Shown: positions 8,090 through 16,504 of the stretch, piece after piece | How positions within the stretch are numbered: position 1 is the stretch's first letter | Layout: every line of letters starts with the position of its first letter | Virus record (IMG/VR): IMGVR_UViG_3300021430_000575 | Location: 1 to 64,000 of that record | Direction: 5' to 3' (one strand) | Source of the DNA: a virus | Taxonomy: Duplodnaviria > Caudoviricetes | Length of the DNA: 64,000 nt | The notes under the pieces: generated by a model | The model's database searches: none | Seen by the model: only the letters and a program-made list of their open reading frames with translations | Told to the model about the DNA's origin: nothing | Position numbers and translations under genes: made by a program

Positions 8090-8739
8090 AGCGCTATACC
8101 ACGTCTTGCAATTTCAGCTTGTAGTGCTTGCAGTTTATTTGGAGACCGTGCTATAGCGTTGCGTATTTCGCCAGCAACACCCTGCGGTAAGTTATTGAGA
8201 ATTGCATTAATCATCTGCTCTGCTTGCACATTTTGCTGCGGTACGGCACTTTTAGTTTTTGTTTTATCGGATGTAACAGGAGTAGCAGCAGGAGTGTTGT
8301 TGCCAGACTCTTCAGATGCAAACTTTGCCCATAGATTTCTATTGGTGTTTTTCCATCCTTCTGCATTATTTTTTAGATGTGAGCTTCCTAAGCGTTGTCC
8401 TAACTCAATTAAAACATTGGGTAAGCTGTCTGTGATATCAAAGAATTTGTTATCCCTGCGGCTTAGCCACTGTTTTAAACGGGTACCTTTTGATCCAGAC
8501 TGTCTAGCTAGATCGTATAGTTCCATATTTAAACGATTCCAGTTATCATGCATCCATTTACTGGCTGCACCACCTGCCAGGAACCCGTAACCGTCGCTAA
8601 CGCCGTTCTTTTCAATGAGTTTATCCAGCATGATATCTAGTTGCCTATAAAGGCCCATGATATTGTTACCGATGTCAGTGCTAACAGCGTTGATTGTTGA
8701 TTGAAGCTCCGGTGCTTCTAATAGCTCACTTATTCTCAT
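8086..8739 (-). CDS. hypothetical jumbo-phage protein (MRISELLE-type N terminus)
   Basis: 217-aa ORF after ATAAATA motif. Confidence 0.7.
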   Translation of the reverse strand: MRISELLEAPELQSTINAVSTDIGNNIMGLYRQLDIMLDKLIEKNGVSDGYGFLAGGAASKWMHDNWNRLNMELYDLARQSGSKGTRLKQWLSRRDNKFFDITDSLPNVLIELGQRLGSSHLKNNAEGWKNTNRNLWAKFASEESGNNTPAATPVTSDKTKTKSAVPQQNVQAEQMINAILNNLPQGVAGEIRNAIARSPNKLQALQAEIARRGIAL

Positions 8740-8749
8740 GAGCTATTTA

Positions 8750-8833
8750 TGGTAGGAGCGGAGGGACTCGAACCCCCAATCCCAAAGGAAGAGCATTTTG
8801 AGTGCTCCGCGTAGACCATTCCGCCACGCTCCC
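8750..8833 (-). tRNA. tRNA-Leu(CAA), long arm
   Basis: GAGCA-CTCAAAA-TGCTC, class II arm, A73, CCA. Confidence 0.9.
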
Positions 8834-8850
8834 ACACAATCTAAAATTTT

Positions 8851-8927
8851 TGGTAGGACGCCTCGGACTCGAACCGAGAAGCAAAATATTTTGAGTATTC
8901 TAGGTCTACCAATTGCCTCAACGTCCC
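8851..8927 (-). tRNA. tRNA-Leu(CAA), short variable loop
   Basis: GAATA-CTCAAAA-TATTT, 5-nt variable loop, CCA. Confidence 0.8.
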
Positions 8928-8934
8928 AGAAATT

Positions 8935-9090
8935 TGGTGTGCAGAGAAGGATTTGATACCTCCAGTCAGGACCTAAGTTTACTCTGCTTACTAACTATGA
9001 AAGAGCGTACGATTCTCATAGTTTTTGTCATTTCGCCGTATCCATTTTCTCCCCTCATTTGGGAGCGCGTCTACCTTTCGCCATCTGCAC
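8935..9090 (-). ncRNA. 156-nt tRNA-Leu-scaffold RNA with an ~80-nt insert carrying a tmRNA-tag-like frame
   Basis: GTGCAGA/TCTGCAC acceptor plus ACCA, Leu-type D arm, T arm; insert reads RNDKNYENRTLFHS followed by two stops. Confidence 0.65.
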
Positions 9091-9101
9091 ATAATAAATT
9101 T

Positions 9102-9179
9102 TGGTGGAGCGGGTCGGCTTCGAACCGACAAACACCGAATTTTAAGTACGGTAGGTATTCCAATTCCCTTCACCGCTCC
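9102..9179 (-). tRNA. tRNA-Leu(TAA), short variable loop
   Basis: CCGTA-CTTAAAA-TTCGG, CCA. Confidence 0.8.
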
Positions 9180-9187
9180 ATTCTTCT

Positions 9188-9216
9188 AATATACAGCCTA
9201 ATAGACTATTAGTCAA
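9188..9216 (-). promoter_or_regulatory. sigma70-like promoter
   Basis: TTGACT-17-TATATT upstream of the Leu tRNA cluster. Confidence 0.55.
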
Positions 9217-9231
9217 GCATACTTTTAATAT

Positions 9232-9311
9232 TGGCGTCCACCGTCGGTATCGCACCGCACTCCCAACTCTGGGTAAGCTCCCAGCGCCGACAGATCTCCT
9301 GTTGAGTGGAC
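9232..9311 (-). ncRNA. tRNA-like RNA with aberrant 6-nt anticodon loop
   Basis: GTCCACT/GGTGGAC plus GCCA, ACAG/CTGT D stem, CTGGG-AGCTTA-CCCAG. Confidence 0.5.
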
Positions 9312-9373
9312 TATGTCTGCAACCACATCAGGATGCTTTACTTCCTTGTGCATTATTGCAAGACATTTAACCT

Positions 9374-9453
9374 TGGTGCCCATGGCGGGATTCGAACCCG
9401 CAAAACTTTCCCTTCTCAAGAGAACAACTTTACCTAAATTTGTCCACACGGGC
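9374..9453 (-). tRNA. tRNA-Leu(GAG), short variable loop
   Basis: TTCTC-TTGAGAA-GGGAA, CCA. Confidence 0.8.
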
Positions 9454-9461
9454 TTAAAGAT

Positions 9462-10250
9462 TTATACAAGAATGGTTTTTATTTTTTGCCGATATTTTCC
9501 AGAACATTGTCTGCTACAAAAAACAACATTTGTCGATAATTTTTTATCTCTATAGAATTCGTTGTTGCAGTTAAAACATGAATAGGTAAAACATGGCTTG
9601 TATGTGTCATATAATTTATACAATTGAGTTTTCAATATCTGGTGTTTATTTGACACATAATCTATGTAAAATTTTATTTTTTCTCCGGCAATCAATATTG
9701 CATTTGATGCGTTTATCTTTATGTAATCGACATCAGTAATTCTTCCTTTGATTTCAAATATTTGATTTTTAATTTCAAAATCTGGATAATAAACGTGTTC
9801 TTTATTATTATATATGTATTTGAATGATTTATGACACCTTGTAATTGGTATATTGTTATCTAAACTATAGATTAGAAAAGCCAATTCATATGTGCTACCA
9901 CAATATATTCCTTTATAGTAACCGGTCTTAGCTCTACCGGATCCTACCCTAACTCCACCTTTTTTAATGCATTCTTTTGAGCAAAAAACTTTACCCCATT
10001 TTGTATATGTTTCAAATTTTTTATCACAGGTAGGACAAGTCTTTATTTGCATTTGTGCCCATTTACGACCTTTACCATTTCGATACAATGCAGGATTAGC
10101 TATTACTCCTTTTGGATTAGCTAACGCATATGCTCTCATTTTGGCTTTAGTTTCTTCAGAACGAGGTCCGCGTGCCCTATTAACACATGTTCTTGAACAA
10201 TAAATTCCTTGTTTATTATGTAAAATGTTGCAATGCTGACAGATTTTCAT
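9462..10250 (-). CDS. PD-(D/E)XK homing-type endonuclease with Zn ribbons
   Basis: GSTYELAF...YYPDFEIKNQIFEIKGR; CxxC..FCSxxC repeats. Confidence 0.75.
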   Translation of the reverse strand: MKICQHCNILHNKQGIYCSRTCVNRARGPRSEETKAKMRAYALANPKGVIANPALYRNGKGRKWAQMQIKTCPTCDKKFETYTKWGKVFCSKECIKKGGVRVGSGRAKTGYYKGIYCGSTYELAFLIYSLDNNIPITRCHKSFKYIYNNKEHVYYPDFEIKNQIFEIKGRITDVDYIKINASNAILIAGEKIKFYIDYVSNKHQILKTQLYKLYDTYKPCFTYSCFNCNNEFYRDKKLSTNVVFCSRQCSGKYRQKIKTILV

Positions 10251-10294
10251 AAACTATTTTATGAAATCTATTAATATATTGTCATTATTTAAAA

Positions 10295-10369
10295 TGGTCC
10301 CCCGTATCGGTGCTGCCCCGATTTTTCAAAGTTGAAAGCCTTGTGTCTTAGCTGGTAAACGAACGGGAG
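10295..10369 (-). tRNA. tRNA-Glu(TTC)
   Basis: CAAGG-CTTTCAA-CTTTG, GGCAGCA T-loop, CCA. Confidence 0.8.
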
Positions 10370-10445
10370 TAATATCAAATTACAAATGTATTTATACGAC
10401 AAACTAGATAATTTAGCAACAAATTATTTTAATTGTCAACTACTT

Positions 10446-10847
10446 CTATCGAACCTCTAGCCTAACGTCCGGAAGAATAGTGGTAGGCTTAAATGTAACT
10501 TGATAGAAATTAGGACTTACAATAGCCGAACCAAGCTGCTCTACAAAATAAGTCACATTGTTTGACAATCCAAGAATATGTTTCTTGTAACCGTCTTGAG
10601 TTTTGCAAGTAACAGTAATGCTTGTGGCACTAGTTCCTGATCCCAGTGAACATAGACCTTTAATTTCAAGCATGTAGTCGTTTGTAAAACCATTATAAAA
10701 TACCACTCGGCGAGCAACACGAAAATTGTCAGCTTCCTGTGACAAGTTCTGCGAAACAACCTGAGCATCGTTACTACAACCGCTGTTTCCCATAGTAAGA
10801 GGTGCAATAACTAGTGCAGCCAGTACAGCATACGTTGAACGTTTCAT
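10446..10847 (-). CDS. putative phage lipoprotein
   Basis: Signal peptide plus SGC lipobox-like motif; ADNFRVARRVVFYNG motif typical of a phage lipoprotein family. Confidence 0.7.
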   Translation of the reverse strand: MKRSTYAVLAALVIAPLTMGNSGCSNDAQVVSQNLSQEADNFRVARRVVFYNGFTNDYMLEIKGLCSLGSGTSATSITVTCKTQDGYKKHILGLSNNVTYFVEQLGSAIVSPNFYQVTFKPTTILPDVRLEVR

Positions 10848-10972
10848 ATCTAATAGTCCTTTTTAATTTCTCAAGTTGCAATTAATATTAGTCTACTTAT
10901 ATAGTTCTTATATTTTGTTGTCAATAACAAACTAACAAAGTTTATCCTAACTTCTACATGCTCTTATCTGAT

Positions 10973-11176
10973 TTATTTTGATACATTTGTTCTATTTTTA
11001 AAAACTATATATACTTCATTACCAGTTGCTAAACATTCTAGCTGCTCTTCAACGTCGCGTAGTGCTAGCTCATATCCTAGGTTAAAATCATCTGATGCCC
11101 ATGAAGGCATTTGACGGATAAAATCAATTCTTTCTTTAATAGCTTGATAAGCTTCTTTAGAAATTATATCAGCCAT
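10973..11176 (-). CDS. hypothetical protein
   Basis: ORF with GAGGG RBS. Confidence 0.55.
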   Translation of the reverse strand: MADIISKEAYQAIKERIDFIRQMPSWASDDFNLGYELALRDVEEQLECLATGNEVYIVFKNRTNVSK

Positions 11177-11188
11177 GTTCCCTCTGTG

Positions 11189-11422
11189 TTAGGTATTATC
11201 CCAGCTTCGCCATGCTCGTATCTGTGGACGATGTTTCCATTGTGGAAGTTCTTTCTTAAAATCTCTCGTTTGTATCTCATACGCTTCTGGACATGCATCG
11301 CATTGCAATCCATTTTTTAGTTTGCCATACCCACCATTGCAGCAGTTATTGCCACATTTACCGCATCTAACCATTGGACCACACATATCGCAGTAGTCCC
11401 AATAATGTGTAATCTTTGACAT
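11189..11422 (-). CDS. Cys-rich hypothetical protein
   Basis: CDMC, CGKC, CC, CDAC. Confidence 0.55.
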   Translation of the reverse strand: MSKITHYWDYCDMCGPMVRCGKCGNNCCNGGYGKLKNGLQCDACPEAYEIQTRDFKKELPQWKHRPQIRAWRSWDNT

Positions 11423-11623
11423 AGTAACTACCTTTTATTCATTGCATTGTATTGGCCCCCGCTCCGCCATACAATCGATACTACCTCACCACCTCGCACA
11501 GCGTACAGTGTGGAAAACAGCATCTTGCCTTGTAATGCAGCGTACACTTTTTATAAACAACATCGCTGCAGTTCATATAATATAGCAAACTCAATTATAA
11601 AGTTCAAGAGGTTTTTTATAAAT

Positions 11624-12064
11624 ATGCATATGGATATACGTCGAATACTCAAATTATTAGAAGCTGCAGGAGACTATCAAAAAATAGATAGGTCTGCTTT
11701 TATATACCTCGATCCTCAAGGTAAAAAAGAAGAATTTGCACAGTGTGGTACTTGTGTTGCTTTCTTACCTGGTAAAAAACGTTGTGGATATTTTGGTAAA
11801 AACGACGAAGTCGTTGCCAATGCTAGCTGTGGGTTATATGTACATGGCAAACCACACGATGATCAGCCTATCATTAATGCAGTGACCCCCAAGGAAGCTG
11901 GGTATGTACTAGGACAGGTACGCTGTGAAAATTGCACATGGTATGTTAATTCTAAATGTGAACTTTTTGAAAAGCTTAATCAACAGCTACCAGATATCTT
12001 TGATTGTGATCCAGCAGTTGATGCACAGGGTTGCTGTAACGGATGGCAACCAATACTCAAATAA
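11624..12064 (+). CDS. tandem HiPIP-like Cys-rich protein (start re-called to ATG 11624/11630)
   Basis: Two CxxC-x(8-9)-C...C-x2-(Y/W) units; TATAAATA immediately upstream. Confidence 0.55.
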   Translation: MHMDIRRILKLLEAAGDYQKIDRSAFIYLDPQGKKEEFAQCGTCVAFLPGKKRCGYFGKNDEVVANASCGLYVHGKPHDDQPIINAVTPKEAGYVLGQVRCENCTWYVNSKCELFEKLNQQLPDIFDCDPAVDAQGCCNGWQPILK

Positions 12065-12072
12065 AATAAAAA

Positions 12073-12101
12073 GAGCAGCAAAATTTAAATTGTTGCTGCT
12101 C
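12073..12101. terminator. bidirectional intrinsic terminator
   Basis: GAGCAGCAA/TTGCTGCTC hairpin between convergent genes, flanked by A/T runs. Confidence 0.65.
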
Positions 12102-12117
12102 GTTTTGATTTCTATTT

Positions 12118-13170
12118 TTATTTGATAAATTTTTCTAACATAGCCATTTGTGGCAAATCAACAGGGTTGCTGTAATCTACTGGATCTAGCGCAAACATAT
12201 AGCGTGGATAACCAGTCCATCTATCTCCACCACCCCACCAAGTTGCATATACCCATACATCAGAATTGTTCATTATATATGTAAGCATCTTTTCTAGTGC
12301 AAACATACTAACTGGGTCTGCAGCAGCAGCAAATTCTCCAAGGTACAGTTTATGGCCATGCTTTCTTGCCCATAGTGTTACATCTGCAAGACGATCAGCA
12401 CCTATAGTAGGAGAAACGATATCAGGTGTTCCGCCAGATCCATTCTTATTCATATATTGATGTATCTCAAACATATAGTTGTTTAGTGGGTCAACTACTC
12501 CCATTCCAACTACTTTTTCATTGTCACTCTTAGACCAAGTCCAGCCTCCATCATAGTAACTTCCTGGAACAACTATTGTCTGTGTTGCTCCTGTACCACG
12601 AATAGCTTTGATTGCTGCGTTGGCAGTTTTGATCCATTGTCGTGCACACTGATCATATGGTTCGCTCATAAGCATAAAAATAGTCTCAGGCTTATCTTTA
12701 TAGTGGATAGCTAATTTCTCCCAGAAATCAGCAAACGCAGCATCTGTCACAGATGATCCACCAATTAAATCATTAAAACGATATCCACCATTGTGAACGT
12801 CAATACCAACTGTCATTCCTTTTGAAATAGCATAGTTAACTACTTCGTCAATTCGGCTCATTTCAAGAGTATCTAGCGGTGCATAAAGCTTAGGCTGTAC
12901 ACGTTCCCAGAGAAAAGGTAAACGTATAGTCATCATTTTTTTTGATACATAGTAATCAATTGATTCTTTTGGCGGATAACCATAGTTTGGTCCATATTGC
13001 CCACCAGGTGTGAATTCACCTCCCGATAATACAACTCCTAATTGGCATGGTTTTGTATAGCTAGCAACATAGTTAAGATCAGCTTTGGTAACGTACGAAG
13101 CTCGCCATTGCCAATATGCGCGGCGAATTTTAACACTTAATACTTTTATTTGTTCGAATAATGTAGTCAT
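12118..13170 (-). CDS. glycoside hydrolase family 5 (endoglucanase-like)
   Basis: GGEF, IRLPFLWERVQP, DVHN, MSEP (acid/base), EIHQY, LGEF (nucleophile), TWW motifs. Confidence 0.85.
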   Translation of the reverse strand: MTTLFEQIKVLSVKIRRAYWQWRASYVTKADLNYVASYTKPCQLGVVLSGGEFTPGGQYGPNYGYPPKESIDYYVSKKMMTIRLPFLWERVQPKLYAPLDTLEMSRIDEVVNYAISKGMTVGIDVHNGGYRFNDLIGGSSVTDAAFADFWEKLAIHYKDKPETIFMLMSEPYDQCARQWIKTANAAIKAIRGTGATQTIVVPGSYYDGGWTWSKSDNEKVVGMGVVDPLNNYMFEIHQYMNKNGSGGTPDIVSPTIGADRLADVTLWARKHGHKLYLGEFAAAADPVSMFALEKMLTYIMNNSDVWVYATWWGGGDRWTGYPRYMFALDPVDYSNPVDLPQMAMLEKFIK

Positions 13171-13262
13171 ATGAACTTGTCTCCTATTCTTATCTTATTT
13201 ATTAGGAGATTAAAACTTGTATGACACCTGCATAATCATGTTTTTTGTAAAGATTATAAAAA

Positions 13263-13349
13263 TGGAGCGGTGTGGGAGAATCGAACTCCAATGCTTTTTA
13301 AGGCTCCAGACTGGCAATCTGGTGACGTGTCCACACGCCTACACACCGC
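13263..13349 (-). tRNA. tRNA-Gly(GCC) with long variable arm
   Basis: CCAGA-TTGCCAG-TCTGG, U73, 15-nt variable region, CCA. Confidence 0.8.
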
Positions 13350-13350
13350 A

Positions 13351-13377
13351 TAACTGGTAGATTTTTTCTACCAGTTA
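13351..13377 (-). terminator. hairpin after the peroxiredoxin gene
   Basis: Perfect inverted repeat TAACTGGTAGA/TCTACCAGTTA. Confidence 0.55.
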
Positions 13378-13388
13378 TTTATCAACTC

Positions 13389-13904
13389 TTAAAGGTTCTT
13401 TAAGATATTTTCTGGTGAAGTTTCACCATATGGATCAGTTTCACAGTTATCAACAAGACCGGGTTCAACCCACATCTTTTCAATTACGCCATCGTTTACC
13501 AGCATAGCATACCGCCAGCTTCTACGACCAAATCCAAGATTATCCTTGTCAACCAGCATACCCATTAGACGAGTAAACTTGCCACTTCCGTCAGGAATAA
13601 CCTGTACATGACGGAGGTTCTGACTCTTGGCCCATGCGTTCATTACGAATGCGTCGTTGACGCTTACACAATAAATGGCGTCAATACCCTTGGCCTGAAA
13701 CTTCTCAAAGTTATCTTCAAATCCAGGAAGCTGATAAGTGCTGCAGGTTGGGGTAAATGCACCGGGCAGAGAGAATACTACAACCTTCTTACCCTTAAAG
13801 TAATCATCAGTTGAAAGATCCTGCCAGCGATATGGATTTGGTCCTCCAACGCTTTCATCACGTACACGAGTTCTAAAAGTTACATTTGGAACAGTCTTCT
13901 GCAT
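13389..13904 (-). CDS. peroxiredoxin (Prx5-like); start re-called to ATG 13904
   Basis: VVFSLPGAFTPTCS, CVSVNDAFVMNAW, GFGRRSWRYAM; AAGGAG RBS. Confidence 0.9.
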   Translation of the reverse strand: MQKTVPNVTFRTRVRDESVGGPNPYRWQDLSTDDYFKGKKVVVFSLPGAFTPTCSTYQLPGFEDNFEKFQAKGIDAIYCVSVNDAFVMNAWAKSQNLRHVQVIPDGSGKFTRLMGMLVDKDNLGFGRRSWRYAMLVNDGVIEKMWVEPGLVDNCETDPYGETSPENILKNL

Positions 13905-14011
13905 ATATGTCTCCTTAAAACTATAATATAGGCATTTCACTTGTATAATACAAGCGGTTGTAAGAATTTTTATTAGGTAAAAATCTTTGCTGTGTTTCTA
14001 TCACATGTTAA

Positions 14012-14272
14012 TCATTTGCATGACAGAATAAAAAATGCCATTCTTTCTTTTTCTCTAAACCAAATTGTTTGATAATCTCTGGTAAAATAGTCTCCTAGTG
14101 TACCTTTTTGTTTCCAACTATAAAAACGATGTTTGTAAAACCAATCTCGTACTTCCATGTTGGTTAGTTCTTTAATTTTAACCCGATACGGAAAGTGTTT
14201 TTTTGCATTGGCTAGATTTTGTTTCTTAATAGCGTTACGAGCTGCAGTTATTTGTGTTTTAGTTAGCAGCAT
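14012..14272 (-). CDS. hypothetical protein
   Basis: ORF. Confidence 0.55.
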   Translation of the reverse strand: MLLTKTQITAARNAIKKQNLANAKKHFPYRVKIKELTNMEVRDWFYKHRFYSWKQKGTLGDYFTRDYQTIWFREKERMAFFILSCK

Positions 14273-15029
14273 TTAATAATTTCCTAATTTTCCATCGTTC
14301 CTTCAGTTTTTGCTTAGTTTCTTCAGAATGCTTCCTACCAATATGAGGTGATGGTTTACCTTTCTTTTTTTCAGACATTTTCTTTTTACTTTCTTCAGAA
14401 TGCTTCCTACCAAACATAGGATTACCTTCCTTCAGATTATTCATAGAATGTTTTTTCTTTGTTTCGTATGACATAGTCTTACCTAAATTATGTTGTCGAA
14501 GCTTTTCTTTTGTTTCAGGAGTTATAACCCGACCAGTTAATGATTTAGATATTTTTTCTCTAACTTCAGGTCGTTTGCTTGGATTTTTATCTCCAATTAA
14601 TTTACCTGTGTTTTTACCTTTAGCTGAATTAGACTGTAATTGTCTGGTTTCTAAAGAATGTCTTTTTCCATACATAGGATTATTTTTACCAATCCTATTT
14701 TTAAGTATTAGATGAAATTCTTCTTTTATATTTTGATATAATCTTGAGGTTAACTTTCTATTATATTTGTCCTGTTTTAACATAAATCTAATAGCATATA
14801 ACATTTTTTCTTTATCTTTACCTGTTGTTATTTTAACAAGTAATAAATGACAAATAAAATGTTCTTTAAAAGTTAATCCAACTAAATTTTCTTCGTTATT
14901 ATTACCATTTAAACTACATGGTATAATATGATGAACTTCATTTGCTAAATTTTTATCTCTTAGTTTTGCGTTTTCTATAATTGAATAATACCATTTAGTA
15001 TATTTGTTATCTAAAAATTGTGGTATCAT
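14259..15029 (-). CDS. HNH homing endonuclease with NUMOD3 repeats
   Basis: EVHHIIP...N..ENLV.LT.KEHFICH; GKRHS/GRKHSEE repeats. Confidence 0.85.
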   Translation of the reverse strand: MIPQFLDNKYTKWYYSIIENAKLRDKNLANEVHHIIPCSLNGNNNEENLVGLTFKEHFICHLLLVKITTGKDKEKMLYAIRFMLKQDKYNRKLTSRLYQNIKEEFHLILKNRIGKNNPMYGKRHSLETRQLQSNSAKGKNTGKLIGDKNPSKRPEVREKISKSLTGRVITPETKEKLRQHNLGKTMSYETKKKHSMNNLKEGNPMFGRKHSEESKKKMSEKKKGKPSPHIGRKHSEETKQKLKERWKIRKLLNAAN

Positions 15030-16013
15030 TTACCTATTTCTCACCAGAAACGTACCGGCCATTCGTTGCCATTGGTCTGGATTGCTCTTGATCATTTCAG
15101 CTAAATGTATCGGTGTACGCAGACTAAGAGATCTGATTCCTACAAGATTCTCTTTAATCCATAACAGAATTAAATCATAATAGTCTTTGCTGATTTCCTG
15201 TGATTCTAGCAAACGGTTATCAGTGATCATTTCTTTAATTCTGCAATAGATTTCTCTACGACTATGCAGCATTAAATCCAAATATAATGCCCTGTCAATT
15301 AATGCTTTCATGTGTTTGGCTAAAGGTCCTTTATCTTTATCGATAACACTTTGAAAATTTTCATTGGTGATGAAAATCATCTTCCCCTTGTATTCAAATT
15401 CGGTGGGTAATCCAATATTAGAAATTGCTTGACTCTTATATGAGATAATTCTAGGACGCTCACCGCTTTCCAGCGCAGCCTTGAGAATATTTAACGCATT
15501 TAAGTCTCGTAGAATATCATCACAGTCATCTAAGATTAAAATGGCTTCACTTTCAGCATTCATATACAGCAGCTGATATAACTGATAGCTGCTGACAATG
15601 TTACCTCTGATAATCTCAAACTCAGTACCATTTTTCTGACGGTGATCTTCTAAAATCTGGGTAATGGTTTCTGTTTTACCAATACCTGGTGCACCACTAA
15701 CAATTAGTGCGCGAATGTTTTCGGTTGCAACACCGCTTACACTCATAGAGAAAATATCAAAACGGTCTTTAATTCTTTTTATAATCTGCTCTTCTGTTTC
15801 TTCTTCAGCTGCCGATGCAGTGAGCTTGATCGGATTAAGATATGTTATGCTCTGCTCAGTAGGTAACTGAACCCGCATTGTACCTCGGCCTGGCACAAAG
15901 AAATTTCCATACCATCCTCTGGCTCCGTATTTGATAACACCATTTAATGTGCATTTCAAATCTAGAATTTCTTTATTCTTGTGCCAACCGTTTTTAATAA
16001 TTACATCTTGCAT
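15030..16013 (-). CDS. AAA+ ATPase
   Basis: Walker A GAPGIGKT, Walker B ILILDDCD, FITN. Confidence 0.8.
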   Translation of the reverse strand: MQDVIIKNGWHKNKEILDLKCTLNGVIKYGARGWYGNFFVPGRGTMRVQLPTEQSITYLNPIKLTASAAEEETEEQIIKRIKDRFDIFSMSVSGVATENIRALIVSGAPGIGKTETITQILEDHRQKNGTEFEIIRGNIVSSYQLYQLLYMNAESEAILILDDCDDILRDLNALNILKAALESGERPRIISYKSQAISNIGLPTEFEYKGKMIFITNENFQSVIDKDKGPLAKHMKALIDRALYLDLMLHSRREIYCRIKEMITDNRLLESQEISKDYYDLILLWIKENLVGIRSLSLRTPIHLAEMIKSNPDQWQRMAGTFLVRNR

Positions 16014-16219
16014 TTATTATACCTTTAGAAAAACACAGTATAGCTGTTATATAATGAAACACAAGAGAGCTAGATTAGCTTTTGTTGGAGTTGTCTTTGA
16101 ATAGTCCAACAAACTTGTCTTTAAGATTTACAAGATTTTCTTTTAACCAAGGTGATGGAAATAAAACGCCGATAACATACCCAACTGCTATTAAAAATAA
16201 TGCACCCATAGTAATCTCC

Positions 16220-16504
16220 TTAAAAATTAGCTAGAAAAGGTGGCTTTCTATTGTTACGCTGACACTGCTCATAAATGAACTGTAATAGTCTGCGTTTTTC
16301 GGATGTACGGTTCACTCCACTGTTAGGCTTTACATAATCATTCCCAACAATACCAAGTTCAGCTTTACGCTGCTCTAGCTGACGAACATAATCATCTAAT
16401 TTAATAACTTTCATAGATAGCCTTATTTTTCTATCGAACGTATTATAAGCAGCATCAGCAACGAATACAAGTGTATTACCAACGCTTTTTACGGTCTGCT
16501 GCAC
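16220..16504 (-). CDS. hypothetical protein
   Basis: ORF; NSGxxRTxxKRxLL motif. Confidence 0.5.
   Translation of the reverse strand: MQQTVKSVGNTLVFVADAAYNTFDRKIRLSMKVIKLDDYVRQLEQRKAELGIVGNDYVKPNSGVNRTSEKRRLLQFIYEQCQRNNRKPPFLANF

Noticed and set aside
8991-9449. Track ORFs 8991..9173, 8913..9212, 9225..9449 and 9313..9555 as proteins
   Set aside because: They overlap tRNA or tRNA-like genes; only the short tag-like frame inside 8935-9090 is retained as a hypothesis
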